Assembly (NCBI GenBank): GCA_964016885.1
Contig: OZ024742.1
Coordinates: forward strand, 197,470,001 to 197,534,000
Length of the DNA stretch: 64,000 nucleotides
Source: Eledone cirrhosa
Taxonomy: Eukaryota
Reading direction: 5' to 3'
Below are positions 1 to 14,370 of this stretch, piece by piece. The position numbers and the translations under genes are program-made. Positions within the stretch are counted from its first letter, which is position 1. Every line of letters begins with the position of its first letter. The notes beneath the pieces were generated by a model. It did not search any database, had not been told where the DNA came from, and saw nothing but the letters and a program-made list of their open reading frames with translations.

Positions 1-68
1 TAAAGGACCGTAACTTGTGCTGCGAAGCATGTTGTCCGACGGTCTACCGTTCTGCCAATCCACCGCCC
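1..68 (-). mobile_element. tRNA-derived SINE, 5' fragment
   Basis: Reverse complement GGCGGTGGATTGGCAGAACGGTAGACCGTCGGAC matches the head of the SINE copies at 37777 and 37977. Confidence 0.7.
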
Positions 69-354
69 TTTCTGCCAATAATAATAATAATAATAATAAT
101 AATGATTTCTTTATTAACCACAAGGGTCTACATAAAGTAGACATTAAGGACAGTGCAGGACAATACAGTACGGTACAAATGGGCATTTCTGCGTGTAAAA
201 AACAAAAACAGAGGATGTAACAAAAAAATAACAATGAAAAATTCCCCAATAGGGGGGAGACTTCGGAGGGACATTTGTGGAGAAAGCCCAGTAAAAGGCC
301 ACAGTGACCCTGACCACCAAGGCAAGTGCCCTCTCCCAGTTTTCCACCTTTAAT

Positions 355-2823
355 TTACAGATATATACTCAGAGTAGGCCCATTCACTCGGGCCATTCTT
401 GCTTCTCTCACCCATCTTTCAACAAAATGCTGGGAAGAGAGCACTTCCCTCTCTACTCTGATTTTCCTTTTCAAATGAAATTTGAAAAAGTCAATCAGAG
501 CATCACCGAAGAGGTAAGTGCTCGTCTTCAGCCCTTTCAAACGTGTCCACCATACTATCTCTTTCGCCATGGCCACCAGACAGATAAAAACTGCCTGCCC
601 TTCCCGGCTAAAGGAGGAGGGCGGGGCAATCCTCACGATGGACTCAGCTGATAGCCGGATCCGACCTAAACGCGACAGCAGGTGTTCGACATAAACCCAC
701 AAGTCAGCAATTTTCGGACACTGGACGAGTGCATGCAGGACGGTTTCGTCGCCCTGCGCGCATCTCGGACATGCCCGACTGACGGCACCTCCATGCCTGT
801 AGAGTTTATCCCGAACTGGCAAGGCTCCTCGGTAGCACTGCCAGGCCAGAGATTTCTGGAAGTTGTCCATAGGCCCTGGCCCGAAAGTTCTTCCGAAGAG
901 ATTGGCTAGTTGATTTTCGTCGACGCCTAGAGTTTCCCCAAGTACGTCGTCGCTCTTCCCCTCCACTAATCCTCTATAGAACGCCGAGGTGGAGTTTCCA
1001 CCGATCACATTGCCCGATTGGTCGAGGGCTGTGAGCGCCTGAAGACATTCCAGTCTCCAGGCGCTCCCTCTCGGTCTTCGCTTGACCCAGGACTGCATCT
1101 CCGTCAAGGAAACGAGCTGGGGAAATACGCGTCTAGCAAACGGCGACCACACCTGATCACCGTCGAGGAAGAGGTGGAGATGTCGTAGCCTGAGCGCGTG
1201 CCTGCGCATCATCAGCCACGGCATGCCCAGCCCTCCACGTAGCGGGTGTTGACAACAGATGGACCGCCTGACCATCGGAGCGCGTCCCTTCCACAAAAAG
1301 CGAAAGAGCAAACGCTCCAGCGCAGTCAGGCGAGGCTTAGGACAAGGTACGACGGTCAGGCGGTAGCAGATGACAGACGCGATGTACGCGTTAGCCACCT
1401 CCGCTCGACCTTTCAGGGATAGCTTCCTCTCCGCCCATTTCTGGGTGAGAGAAGCCACCCTGCTCGTCACCTCGTCCCAGTTTTTGTCCGTCTGGAGATC
1501 CGTACCGAACCAGACCCCTAGCAATTTAACCGGTCCGTCCGTCCAGCGTCCGACGACGCTGTTGGACGGCATGGAGCTGCCTCTCCAGGTGCCGAGCTGC
1601 AGGCCCACTGACTTTTCCTGGTTGATCATTGTTCCTGTCACCGCTTCGTATTCTCTTAGTGTAGTGCCGATCGCCTCGATATGTTTGGCGTTCGACACCA
1701 CTACGGTGACATCGTCCGCATATGCTGACACGGATCTTCCGCATCCTAGTTCGCGCGGGACGCCCCTCAACGTCTCCAGTTTGTGCAGTAATGGCTCGAG
1801 AGTCAATACGTACAAGAGGGACGAGAGGGGACATCCTTGGCGGACCGAGCGCATGATGTTGAACGGTTCCGAAAGGTGACCGTTCACTCTCACCACAGAG
1901 CAGATGTCGCTGTGCATGGCAGCGATCCAGCCTCTGAAGACGGGCCCAAAGCCAGCCGCCCTCAGGACTGCCGCTAGGTAACGATGGTCGACCCTATCGA
2001 AAGCTTTCGTCAACGCCCGCTTAACTAGTTCGCTAATCCGGTCTCTGTAGGCCTTACGCGCTGGTAAGGACGCCTTTAGCTTCCAGTAGCCGGGTCCTCG
2101 TCTATGAAGCCTATCTAAGTCAAGCACACAGATCACGAATTTGTGGTCCGTGTAGCTGACTATCTTGAATTGTGGACAGCCTATGCTAGACCTATCTATT
2201 TCCCTACAAAATACTCTATCAAGATATGATCTGGATGACCATATGCGATTTGTCCAAGTCCACATTGGCACATTCGGGAAATCCAATCGGTACCTGTCAG
2301 ACAGTTCAAAACGCATGAGCAGGTTGGTGAGGCTCTTGCACCCTCCACCCCTATCCGCTAATCCCACACAGTCCCAGCGTGCATCTAAGATCCCGTTCCA
2401 GTTGCCCACTAACACTAAAGAGCGGGACGTTCCAAGAAAGGTCTCCAGACGCCGGAAGAAATCAGGCCGCCCTGCTCCTGTCGGGGCATAGACCGCCACT
2501 AGCCTGAAAGCTTGCCCGTCTCCGCTGGTCACGTCCAGCACCACCAACTTACCCTCTGGGTCCAGGAAGATGGCCCGTATGGCGAAATCCAAACCTCTCC
2601 GAAAAAGCACAGCAACTCCTCCCCCCGATCCAGGACGGCTGGGAGATGCGTACACATCGTAGCCGCCGAAGATCGGTGCGAAGGCCCGTGCTTCGGAGAT
2701 TCTGGTCTCGCTGATGGCCACTACATCTATGTTTAGTGACCTGAGGTCGTTGTGCAGGTGACCCTGCTTCCATGACGACTCCAAGCCACGCGCATTTATG
2801 CTGCCTATTCTGAGTGAGGTCAT
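355..2823 (-). CDS. LINE ORF2: APE endonuclease plus internally deleted reverse transcriptase and C-terminal CCHC
   Basis: SINARGL, ISETR, VYAP, YLDR and YTDH endonuclease motifs; KAFDRVDH, VRQGCPLS, YADD and LLGV RT motifs; CPRC...HALVQC zinc knuckle. Confidence 0.9.
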   Translation of the reverse strand: MTSLRIGSINARGLESSWKQGHLHNDLRSLNIDVVAISETRISEARAFAPIFGGYDVYASPSRPGSGGGVAVLFRRGLDFAIRAIFLDPEGKLVVLDVTSGDGQAFRLVAVYAPTGAGRPDFFRRLETFLGTSRSLVLVGNWNGILDARWDCVGLADRGGGCKSLTNLLMRFELSDRYRLDFPNVPMWTWTNRIWSSRSYLDRVFCREIDRSSIGCPQFKIVSYTDHKFVICVLDLDRLHRRGPGYWKLKASLPARKAYRDRISELVKRALTKAFDRVDHRYLAAVLRAAGFGPVFRGWIAAMHSDICSVVRVNGHLSEPFNIMRSVRQGCPLSSLLYVLTLEPLLHKLETLRGVPRELGCGRSVSAYADDVTVVVSNAKHIEAIGTTLREYEAVTGTMINQEKSVGLQLGTWRGSSMPSNSVVGRWTDGPVKLLGVWFGTDLQTDKNWDEVTSRVASLTQKWAERKLSLKGRAEVANAYIASVICYRLTVVPCPKPRLTALERLLFRFLWKGRAPMVRRSICCQHPLRGGLGMPWLMMRRHALRLRHLHLFLDGDQVWSPFARRVFPQLVSLTEMQSWVKRRPRGSAWRLECLQALTALDQSGNVIGGNSTSAFYRGLVEGKSDDVLGETLGVDENQLANLFGRTFGPGPMDNFQKSLAWQCYRGALPVRDKLYRHGGAVSRACPRCAQGDETVLHALVQCPKIADLWVYVEHLLSRLGRIRLSAESIVRIAPPSSFSREGQAVFICLVAMAKEIVWWTRLKGLKTSTYLFGDALIDFFKFHLKRKIRVEREVLSSQHFVERWVREARMARVNGPTLSIYL

Positions 2824-3187
2824 GTTTAAAATAGAGTGGAAAAGATGGGAAAGACCACTTACCGTACTTTTCGTAGAGGAGGGATGGTTTTTCCATCCCT
2901 TTTCACTTGATCGTCTGGTGAAGGGACCGCTGAATCGTCCCTTCGGCTGGTCGTCGGCTCTTCTATGAGTATGTCCGAATATACTCTTCGATTGAGAGTC
3001 CCTCCTAGGTCTCTGAAATCACCAACTGCGTTGGTGAATTTCGTTTTAATGTTTGTGTATTGTCTCTGTGCTATTTTTAGCAGTCTTATGTTAGTTGGCG
3101 TTTTGATTGGTGCTGGTATTATGTAGTCGTGTTGTGAAATGTCTGTGTGTTCAATTATGTAAGTCATTAGTTTCTTGTTGTGTGTAT

Positions 3188-5007
3188 TTATTGCCGTGCA
3201 TTTGTTTTTCTGGGGGTGGGTGTGGTTCTGCTATTTTCTTGTCGTTGTTGCTGGGTGTGTGTGTTTTGTTGTTGTGTTTGCGATGTTGGTGCTTGTGGTG
3301 GTGGTGTTGAAGGTGTTGTTGTTGTTGGCGGTGGGGTTGTCGCCGGTGGTGATGGTGGTGCTAGTGTGGGTGGTGATGGTGTTGGTGGTGTTGCTGCTGT
3401 GAGTCTCTTTGCAGTAGCCTTTACCCTTTTTTCATTTCTTTCCTCCCTTTTCGAAGGCGACGATGCGCTGCTTCTGCGTTTGTGCCTTCTTACGACCTTT
3501 TGCCATCCCTCTCCCACCTCACACTCCATGTCAGATTCTGTGAGGTTGGGGAGGGGTACCAGCTCCACTCTTTCACTTGTTGTTGTTGGTGATGTTTGCA
3601 CTGGAGTCTCTGTTGCAGCTGCATTTGGTATTGCTGTTGTTGTTGTTAATACTTCCACTGCTGCTGCTGTTTTTGATTTCCGTGGCGTGGGTATGGGTCC
3701 CACGGACCTATCGTTCCTGGTTGCCGCTTGTCCTGTTGCTGGTAGCCGTGGAGCCGGTTTCAGGAGGAGGGGGATTTTCTCCTTTCTCAGGGTCTTCTCG
3801 TTGCAGAATGCCCTGAGGTGAGTCTTCGATCCACAGCGAAAGCATTTCGGGCGTTTGCCCTCAACACTTATGGTCAGTTGAGTGCCGTTACCGAAGTCTA
3901 TCACATCCGGGATAGCTTCGATGCACTCCTGGTTGGTTTGGATTAACATCTCAATGGAGGTGCCGACCCAATCTTCTCTTACTTTTTTCTGTACTTGCGG
4001 TACAGTTGTTTTGTCCTCGATTCCGACGAGGACAGACGCGGCCAGCCAAGAAGGGGCCATCCCGGGGGGGGGGCGTGGGTCAGTTTGACCCTCACAATTT
4101 TTTGCCCGCAGTAGGAGGGCACCAACACCATTTCCTCGCTCCTTAAGGTCACTAAGGATTGAGCCTTTGCCTCCTGGGGTGTGACAAAAAGTACGTCTAC
4201 GGTGGCATATTTCTTGCCTCGGATGATGTGCCTTTTCCGCTGCCACACAGACCCCAAGGCTTTTTGTATTTGAGCCTCTGTGGATCTTTCCACCCTACGG
4301 GATTTTGTACTTACTGTGCGGTACGTGACCGTACAGTGCTGTTGGGTTTCGAAAAATTTCTCGGCTGCCTTGCAGATTGCTCGGTGTCCAGTTTTTGTCA
4401 CCATCTTCTTCGCTTCCTCTAATTCCTCATTTGTTATGAGGATGGTTTCCAGGTTCTTTGCGATACCTGCAAACGAGATTGGTTTTTCTTTGCTGCTGTT
4501 GTTGTTGTTGTTGTCGTCAGAGCTGCTGTTACTTTTGTTGTTGCTGCAGGTACTACGACTACTGCTGCCGCCGCTGTTGCTGTGGTTGTTGTTCTTGTTG
4601 CTGCTGCTAATGCTGTTGTTGTTTATGCTGCTGCTGATGCTGTTGCGGCTGCTACTGTTGTTTTCATTGTCACTGTTGCTGTTGTTATTACGGCTGCTAC
4701 TGCTATTATTCCTGACGTCAGACGAATGAAATGGGTTTTCGTATTTCCCGCACACCTTTTTCGTCGTTGTCGTCGTCGTCGTGGAGAAATCTTGCACGCT
4801 TTGCACGAGACTCCTCCCCTCTGTCGTCGCTTGCGAAAGAGAAGGGAGGGAGAGAGACACATTTAGAGAAGGGAGGGAGAGAGACAATCTTCTCTCTGCT
4901 GTAGTGACGATTGAGGAAGAAGAAGACGGAATGAGTGGGAGTGACCTATGAAAATTCTTTTTCGTAGCCATGTTGTTTTTTTTGGTTAAAATAAATATTG
5001 GGCACAA
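3188..5007 (-). pseudogene. LINE ORF1 (gag-like), split by a frameshift near the G/C homopolymer at ~4063-4073
   Basis: Overlapping ORFs 3979-5007 and 3188-4246; CFRCGSKTHLRAFC knuckle; WQKVVRR motif; low-complexity N/S and P/T tracts. Confidence 0.75.
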
Positions 5008-5187
5008 AACCCCAATAAGCGGTTATTTAACCCCGAAGGGCCAAATAACGGGCAGAAAGACCCCTCTCACGAGGGGGAGGGTGTTTTTGTCTACTAGTTG
5101 GTTAAAGATTTAAACAATTTACAATTGTTATAGCGGTCAAAATTTACAATACCTTGCAGAGCCAAGCCTCCGTCAACCATAGCATTC

Positions 5188-5259
<72 letters not shown>
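5188..5259 (+). repeat. (AAT)n microsatellite between the Tx1 element and the first R4/Dong-like copy
   Basis: Direct reading. Confidence 0.98.
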
Positions 5260-5261
<2 letters not shown>

Positions 5262-8205
5262 ATGCTAATTGGCTAGGACAAGATTCGGTTGATATCCTAA
5301 ACTTAGTGGTAGATGAATTGAACAATGATAGTGGGAGACCTATGAACCTAAGATTTGTAGACAGGAAAAAGTTAAAAGAAACAACAGCTAAGGTAAACAA
5401 AGTCATCCCATACCTTGAGGCGAGGAGCCTTCACCAGTGCAACAATATCCTCAAAACAACAGCAAATACGGTGAGGAAACTACTTGGTATAAAAGCGAGC
5501 GGAAACAAGAGACAAGAAAGAGCAGAGCCTTGGTGGAAGAAACGACTGAGTGGTCAAATCAGGGAAATAAGAAATGACATTGGAAAGCTTGAGTCCCTAC
5601 TGAATGGGACACTAAAAACATAGACACTAAAAATAGACTGGAAATAAAGTACAAAACTAGGAGGAAAAAGCTAAATATTATCATAGAGGAACAGAAGCAA
5701 TGCATTGTAGTAAAAAGTGCAAAAATCAGGCGATACGAGAACAGAGTCAGCCAGTATAGACAGAACCGCATGTTCGACAACAACCGGAAAATGCTGTTTG
5801 GACAGCTTGAAGGGAAAGAAAGATGCAACGACTTGATCCCTGAGGCGGAACAAACTAAAACATTCTGGAGAGGAATATGGGATCAGGATGTTAAACATAA
5901 TGACCAGGCAGTGTGGATTGAGACAGTACAGAAGGAGATTAGTGAACAGGCACACCAACAAACTGATTTGAGTATCACAGTTGAAACTCTTAAGGGGCAG
6001 GCCAAAAAACTAACCAACTGGAAATCACCAGGCCCAGATGGTGTGCCGGGGTATTGGATTAAAAATATAACATCCCTCCACCCGAAACTGACAACCATGT
6101 ACAATGACTGCTTGATGTCAGATGAGGTACCAGAGTGGTTGACAAAAGGTACCACAGTTCTGATAATGAAAGACCGAATCAACGGTAATGATGTTACCAA
6201 CTATAGACCTATCACATGTCTGTCCGTAATGTGGAAACTGTTGACAAGCATTATGTCTGAGGAAATCTACCATCGCCTCCACACAAACAACTTGTTACCG
6301 GACGAACAGAAAGGATGCCGAAAGAAGTCACGTGGTACAAAGGACCAGTTACTTATTGATAAGATGGTAATGAGGAATTGCAAGAGGAGACACACTGGTC
6401 TTGCCATGGGATGGATGGACTACAAAAATGCATTTGACATGGTGCCTCATTCTTGGATCACCAAAAGCCTGAAGATCTTCAGGGTGGCAGATAACATCAG
6501 ACAGTTGTTGGGCAAAAGTATGAAGTCCTGGGAAACAGAGTTAACATCAACTGGAGAATCCTTGGGAAGCGTGAAGATCAAGAGAGGTATCTTCCAGGGA
6601 GATAGTCTGTCCCCTCTGTTGTTTGTCCTTGCCCTGATACCCCTGACCAGGATACAGGTTGGGAAAGGGAGGGCTTACCATCAATCCCCTCCTCTTCATG
6701 CACGATCTTAAGCTCTTCGGGAAGAGTGAGAAGGAGTTGGATGTGCTTGTTGACACTGTCCGTATTTTCTCCAATGATATATGTATGCAATTTGGTATTA
6801 GTAAGTGTGGAGTCATTGTGATGAAGAGGGGGTAAGTTGAGCAGAAGTAACGGAATCCAGGTACCAACGGGTGAGATGATAAAGGAAATTGACTCTGGAG
6901 AAGGATACAAGTATTTGGGCGTTCTGGAGGCTGATGACATCAAGAAAAAAAAAATGAAGGAATTGATAAGAACTGAATACATTCGGAGAATAAGGAGCGT
7001 ATTAAAGTCACATCTGAACAGTAGGAATGCCACAAGTGCAGTAAATTCCCGAGCTGTGTCTATTATTAGGTACAGTGCGGGAATTCTGAGATGGAATGTT
7101 GGTGAACAGAAAGAAATGGATAGGAAGACTAGGAAGCTATTGACTATCTACAACATGCTCCACAAGAGGAGTGATGTCGATAGACTCTACTTAAGGAGAT
7201 CTGAGGGTGGAAGAGGTCTTATCAGCATAGAGGACTGTGTTCAGATGGAGAAAAACAACCTACACAAATACGTGACTGATATTAGGGAGCCAATGCTCAG
7301 AGCTGTACTGAAAGAGGGGACAATAGGCCAGGGGATGTCCAAGGAGGAAATAACATCAAGGAGAAAGAGCAGCCTTCTTGAAAAATCCCTTCATAGTACC
7401 TTCTTTGAGAAAACTGAATTTAGAGATCCACAGACATGGAACTGGTTGAAAAGAGGAGACCTTAAAAAGGCTACAGAAGGAATGTTAATGGCTGCGCAGG
7501 AGCAGGCCCTCAAAACGAAGTGGTTGAAACACCACATTTACAAGGAAGAGGCTAGCCCACTGTGCAGGATCTGTGGAGAGAGAGAGGAGACTGTGGCTCA
7601 CATTGTATCCGAGTGTAAACACCTAGCCCAGACTCACTATAAGGGATGGAGACATGATGTGATGGGCAGGGTGATCCACTGGCACCTATGCAAAGTAAAT
7701 AATTTACCACATTCTGAGAAGTGGTATGAGCATAAGCCAGAGGCGGTGATAGAAAACGATCAGGTGAAGGTGCTGTGGGATTTTAGGATACAGACGGACA
7801 AGAAACTGGAACACAATAGACCTGACCTGGTGGTTGTGGACAAAGAAAAAAGATCCTGTCTGATTGTGGATGTGGCCTGCCCATTCGACACGAGAGTGCA
7901 AGAGAAAGAGAGGGAGAAAATTAATCGATACCAGGACTTAAAGTGGGAGGTAAAAAGGATTTGGAACTGCCATGAAGTCAAAGTGATCCCGATTGTCATA
8001 GGCGCACTAGGGACTATCTCAAAAAGTTTCCAGGGATGGTTAAAGAAAATTGGCCCTTCACGCTTTTTGGAACGTTCCAAAAGGCATGCTTGCTGGGAAC
8101 AGCAAGAACCCTCCGATACGTCCTGAATATCTGAGGCTGCAGGCAGTGGCTTGATATTCATTTCAACAAACTTTTCAGTTAACTAACATCAATGACTGAG
8201 ACTCA

Positions 8206-8258
<53 letters not shown>
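5258..8258 (+). mobile_element. R4/Dong-like RLE non-LTR retrotransposon, copy 1, 5'-truncated and frameshifted
   Basis: RT motifs NYRPITCL, KNAFD and IFQGDSLSP, with FMHD in place of FMDD; CRIC...HIVSEC, RHD and RPDLV...DVACP restriction-like endonuclease; (AAT)n tail 8206-8258. Confidence 0.9.
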
Positions 8259-8259
<1 letters not shown>

Positions 8260-9337
8260 GCACGAGGTGGTAGAAGGTCATGAAATCGCTCCCGTAAATT
8301 TTGAATTTTTAACATATTTAAATCATTTGTGAAATAACAACTCTTAGTACAAATGCTACGTAAAGCATCCGGCTTGAGCCCAAAAAAAATTCGGACCCAA
8401 AATATATTGTTATAAGGCTCAAATATTCAAATATTCAACTTTGTATTGTACATTGTATATTCAAAAAAGAAAATGGCTATAAATGGAAGAAGAACCCCCC
8501 CCCCCCCCTCCTCTGTCTACACTATATAGAACAGCCAAACAACACCAATCTCACCAACACCAGAAACTAGATACACCACCTACCCCATCACCTCTCTGTG
8601 TACACTAAACACAACAGCCAGATAACGGAAATTTCACCACCACCACAACCAATCTCAACATAATAAGGATAATAATAAATACTATTATTATTGTCCCAAG
8701 TCTTAACAAAATGTTTAATCCCAACATTAAGGGAATTTAGGTCAACACATATACGCGACTAACCCCATAGATTCACCGAACGGATATCAGTCCTTCATTG
8801 CTACCACCGCTACAACACCATCACTACTGCCATCATTACTACCACTATCCCATCACCGCCGCCACCACTCCTTCATTGCTACCACCGCTACAACACCATC
8901 ACTACAGTAATACGATCACATCACCACCACCACTGCCTCGGTATCGACATCACCACCACCACTGTCTCAGTATCGCTACCGCCGCTATTCTCTCCCATTG
9001 CTTCCTGCTAGTTGCTGCCACCACATTATAGAATTCCTACTAAAAAAGAGGAAGGCATCACAATATATAGATAGACTCAAAAGAAAAAAGAAAAAAGAAA
9101 CATCAAAACCAAAGCAGCACAGCAACAACAGCAAAAAACGAGAAAAACAAACAGAGAAAAACAAAAAAAAAACAAAAAAAAAACGTAAAGAAAATAAGAA
9201 TGAAGAGAGAAACGAGCGGACGGACAGAGAAGAGAAGGGAAAAACTAAGTCAGACATTCGAACACTACATTACAATGAAACTTATGCTTATTCATTTTTG
9301 GTTTTTTTTCTGCCTGTGTGTTTGTTTGTTTATTTGT

Positions 9338-12300
9338 GTTCGTCTACAGCGTGGTGATGATTCCACACAAGAGCTAAGTGGAGCGGCGCAACCACCGGAG
9401 ACGGTGAATCCACAGATGGCTATGTAACCATACATTCGCCAATCCTCGATAAGAGTGTTTAAATATCGAACCTAAACAGTTCGAATAACAGTGAAATGGA
9501 GACTAGAACGTCATGTGACAGACTCTCACCCAACAGGTGCTCCCTGGCTCAGCAGCAGGAACCTGACTGTCAACCAAATACTGCTGGTGTTGGAGGAAGA
9601 AGAAGAAGGAAAGGGGCCAGAACCAACTGGACGAAAGAATTGAATAGAACTGTTATGCAATGTTACCTGAAATGTAACCCCAAGGAGAGGGGCTATAGGA
9701 GACGGATGCATAACATCTGGAACGAGATTGGTCTATTTAAATTAGATGAACAAAAACTGGCCGAGCAGGCTTGGGTAATAAGAACTAATGGGTGGATAAG
9801 CGAGCTGGAACTGGAGGAACTGAGCAGAGAGAATAGCTTGGAGATGGAGGGTGTAGTGTAGTATGCCAGACAAACGAGCCAGTGGGAAATGAAGGTGAAG
9901 AGGTCGAGAGAACAGAGGAACCACCCGAAGCAGACGATGATCTGAATACTGAGATAAATAATACCTGGAACAGAGATACGGCCACTGAGGAGATGAATGC
10001 TGACGGGCTAGGACAAGATTCGGTTGACATCCTAAATTTAGTGGTAGATGAATTGAACAATGATAGTGGGAGACCTATGAACCTAAGATTTGTAGACAGG
10101 AAAAAGTTAAAAGAAACAACAGCTAAGGTAAACAAAGTCATCCCATACCTTGAGGCGAGGAGCCTTCACCAGTGCAACAATATCCTCAAAGCAACAGCAA
10201 ATGCGGTGAGGAAACTACTTGGTATAAAAGCGAGAGGAAACAACAGACAAGAATGAGCAGAGCCTTGGTGGAAGAAACGACTGAGTGGTCAAATCAGGGA
10301 AATGAGAAATGACATTGGAAAGCTTGAGTCCCTACTGAATGGGACACTAAAAAACATAGACACTAAAAATAGACTGGAAATAAAGTACAAAACTAGGAGG
10401 AAAAAGCTAAATATTATCATAGAGGAACTGAAGCAACGCATTGTAGTAAAAAGTGCAAGAATCAGGCGATAAGAGAACAGAGTCAGCCAGTATAGACAGA
10501 ACCGCATGTTCGACAACAACCAGAAGATGCTGTTTGGACAGCTTGAAGGGAAAGAAAGAGGCAACGACTTAATCCCTGAGGCGGAACAAACTAAAACATT
10601 CTGGAGAGGATTATGGGAGCAGGATGTTAAACATAATGACCAGGCAGTGTGGATTGAGACAATACAGAAGGAGATCAGTGAACAGGCACGCCAACAAACT
10701 GATTTGAGTATCACAGTTGAAACTCTTAAGGGGCAGGCCAAAAAACTAACCAACTGGAAATCACCTGGCCCAGATGGTGTGCAGGGGTATTGGATTAAAA
10801 ACATAACATCCCTCCACCCGAAACTGACAACCATGTTCAATGACTGCTTGATGTCAGGTGAGGTACCAGAGTGGTTGACAAAAGGTACCACAGTTCTGAT
10901 AATGAAAGACCGAATCAAGGGTAATGATGTTACCAACTATAGACCTATCACATGTCTGTCCGTAATGTGGAAACTGTTGACAAGCATTATGTCTGAGGAA
11001 ATCTACCATCACCTCCACACAAACAACTTGTTACCGGACGAACAGAAAGGATGCCGAAAGAAGCCACGTGGTACAAAGGACCAGTTACTTATTGATAAGA
11101 TGGTAATGAGGAATTGCAAGAGGAGACACACTGGTCTTGCCATGGGATGGATAGACTACAAAAAGGCATTTGACATGGTGTCTCATTCTTGGATCACCAA
11201 AAGCCTGGAGATCTTCAGGGTGGCAGATAACATCAGACAGTTGTTGGGCAAAAGTATGAAGTCCTGGGAAACACAGTTAACATCAACTTGGAGAATCCTT
11301 GGGAAGCGTGAAGATCAAGAGAGGTATCTTCAGGAAGATAGTCTGTCCCCTCTGTTGTTTGTCCTTGCCCTGATGCCCCTGACCAGTGTACTGCGAAAAG
11401 TGAGAGCAGGATACAGGTTGGGAAAGGGAGGGCTTACCATCAATCTCCTCCTCTTCATGGACGATCTTAAGCTCTTCGGGAAGAGTGAGAAGGAGTTGGA
11501 TGTGCTTGTTGACACTGTCCGTATTTTCAGCAATGATATATGTATGCAATTTGGTATTAGTAAGTGTGGAGTCATTGTGATGAAGAGGGGTAAGTTGAGC
11601 AGAAGTAACGGAATCCAGGTACCAACGGGTGAGATGATAAAGGAAATTGACTCTGAAGAAGGATACAAGTATTTGGGCGTTCTGGAGGCTGATGACATCA
11701 AGAACAAAAAAATGAAGGAATTGATAAGAACTGAATACATTCGGAGAGTAAGGGGCGTATTAAAGTCACATCTGAACAGTAGGAATGTCACAAGTGCAGT
11801 AAATTCCCGAGCTGTGTCTATTATTAGGTACAGTGCGGGAATTCTGAGATGGAATGTTGGTGAACAGAAAGAAATGGATAGGAAGACTAGGAAGCTATTG
11901 ACTATCTACAACATGTTCCACAAGAGGAGTGATGTCGATAGACTCTACTTAAGGAGATCTGAGGGTGGAAGAGGTCTTATCAGCATAGAGGACTGTGTTC
12001 AGATGGAGAAAAACAACCTACACAAATACGTGACTGATAGTAAGGAGCCAATGCTCAGAGCTGTACTGAAAGAGTGGATAATAGGCCAGGGGATGTCCAA
12101 GGAGGAAATAACATCAAGGAGAAAGAGCAGCCTTCTTGAAAAATCCCTTCATAGTACCTTCTTTGAGAAAACTGAATTTAGAGATCCACAGACATGGAAC
12201 TGGTTGAAAAGAGGAGACCTTAAAAAGGCTACAGAAGGAATATTAATGGCTGCGCAAGAGCAGGCTCTCAAAACGAAGTGGTTGAAACACCACATTTACA

Positions 12301-12972
12301 AGGAGGAGGCTAGCCCACTGTGCAGGATCTGTGGAGAGAGGAGACTGTGGCTCACATTGTATCCGAGTGTAAACACCTAGCCCAGACTCACTATAAGGGC
12401 TGGAGACATGATGTGATGGGCAGGGTGATCCACTGGCACCTATGCAACGTAAACAATTTACCACATTCTGAGAAGTGGTATGAGCATAAGCCAGAGGCGG
12501 TGATAGAAAACGATCAGGTGAAGGTGCTGTGGGATTTTAGGATACAGACGGACAAGAAACTGGAACACAATAGACCTGACCTGGTGGTTTTGGACAAAGA
12601 AAAAAGGTCGTGCCTGATTGTGGATGTGGCCTGCCCATTCGACACGAGGGTGCAAGAGAAGGAGAGGGAGAAAATTAACCGATACCAGGACTTAAAGTGG
12701 GACGTAAAAAGGATTTGGAACTGCCATGAAGTCAAAGTGATCCCGATTGTCATAGGCGCACTAGGTACTATTTCAAAAAGTTTCCAGGGATGGTTAAAGA
12801 AAATTGGCCCCTTCACGCTTTTTGGAACGCTTCAAAAGGCATGCTTGCTGGGAACAGCAAGAACCCTCCGATACGTCCTGAATATCTGAGGCTGCAGGTA
12901 GTGGCTTGATATTCATCTCAACAAACTTTCCAGTTAACTAACATCAATGACTGAGACTCAAAGAGTAATAAC

Positions 12973-13031
<59 letters not shown>
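9338..13031 (+). mobile_element. R4/Dong-like RLE element, copy 2, near full length with stops and frameshifts
   Basis: ORF pieces 9496-9861, 9882-10256, 10506-12380 (FMDD intact) and 12320-12889 (RLE); same 3' UTR as copy 1; (AAT)n tail; 5' boundary approximate. Confidence 0.9.
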
Positions 13032-14085
<1,054 letters not shown>

Positions 14086-14094
14086 ATACATGTA

Positions 14095-14294
14095 NNNNNN
14101 NNNNNNNNNNNNNNNNNNNNNNNNNNNNNNNNNNNNNNNNNNNNNNNNNNNNNNNNNNNNNNNNNNNNNNNNNNNNNNNNNNNNNNNNNNNNNNNNNNNN
14201 NNNNNNNNNNNNNNNNNNNNNNNNNNNNNNNNNNNNNNNNNNNNNNNNNNNNNNNNNNNNNNNNNNNNNNNNNNNNNNNNNNNNNNNNNNNNNN
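14095..14294. other. Assembly gap (200 N)
   Basis: Run of N. Confidence 1.
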
Positions 14295-14340
<46 letters not shown>

Positions 14341-14370
14341 GAGAGGTGTAACACACGAGTTATGATATAT

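Larger units (their letters stand above)
77..5187 (-). mobile_element. Tx1/L1-clade non-LTR retrotransposon, near full length, embedded in (AAT)n
   Basis: ORF1 with CCHC knuckle plus ORF2 with EN-RT-CCHC; AATAAA on - strand near 110-115; (AAT)n at both ends (77-103 and 5188-5259). Confidence 0.85.

Noticed and set aside
8798-9357. His/Pro-rich and Lys-rich ORFs
   Set aside because: Low-complexity (CAC)n-like and A-rich sequence with no domain signal
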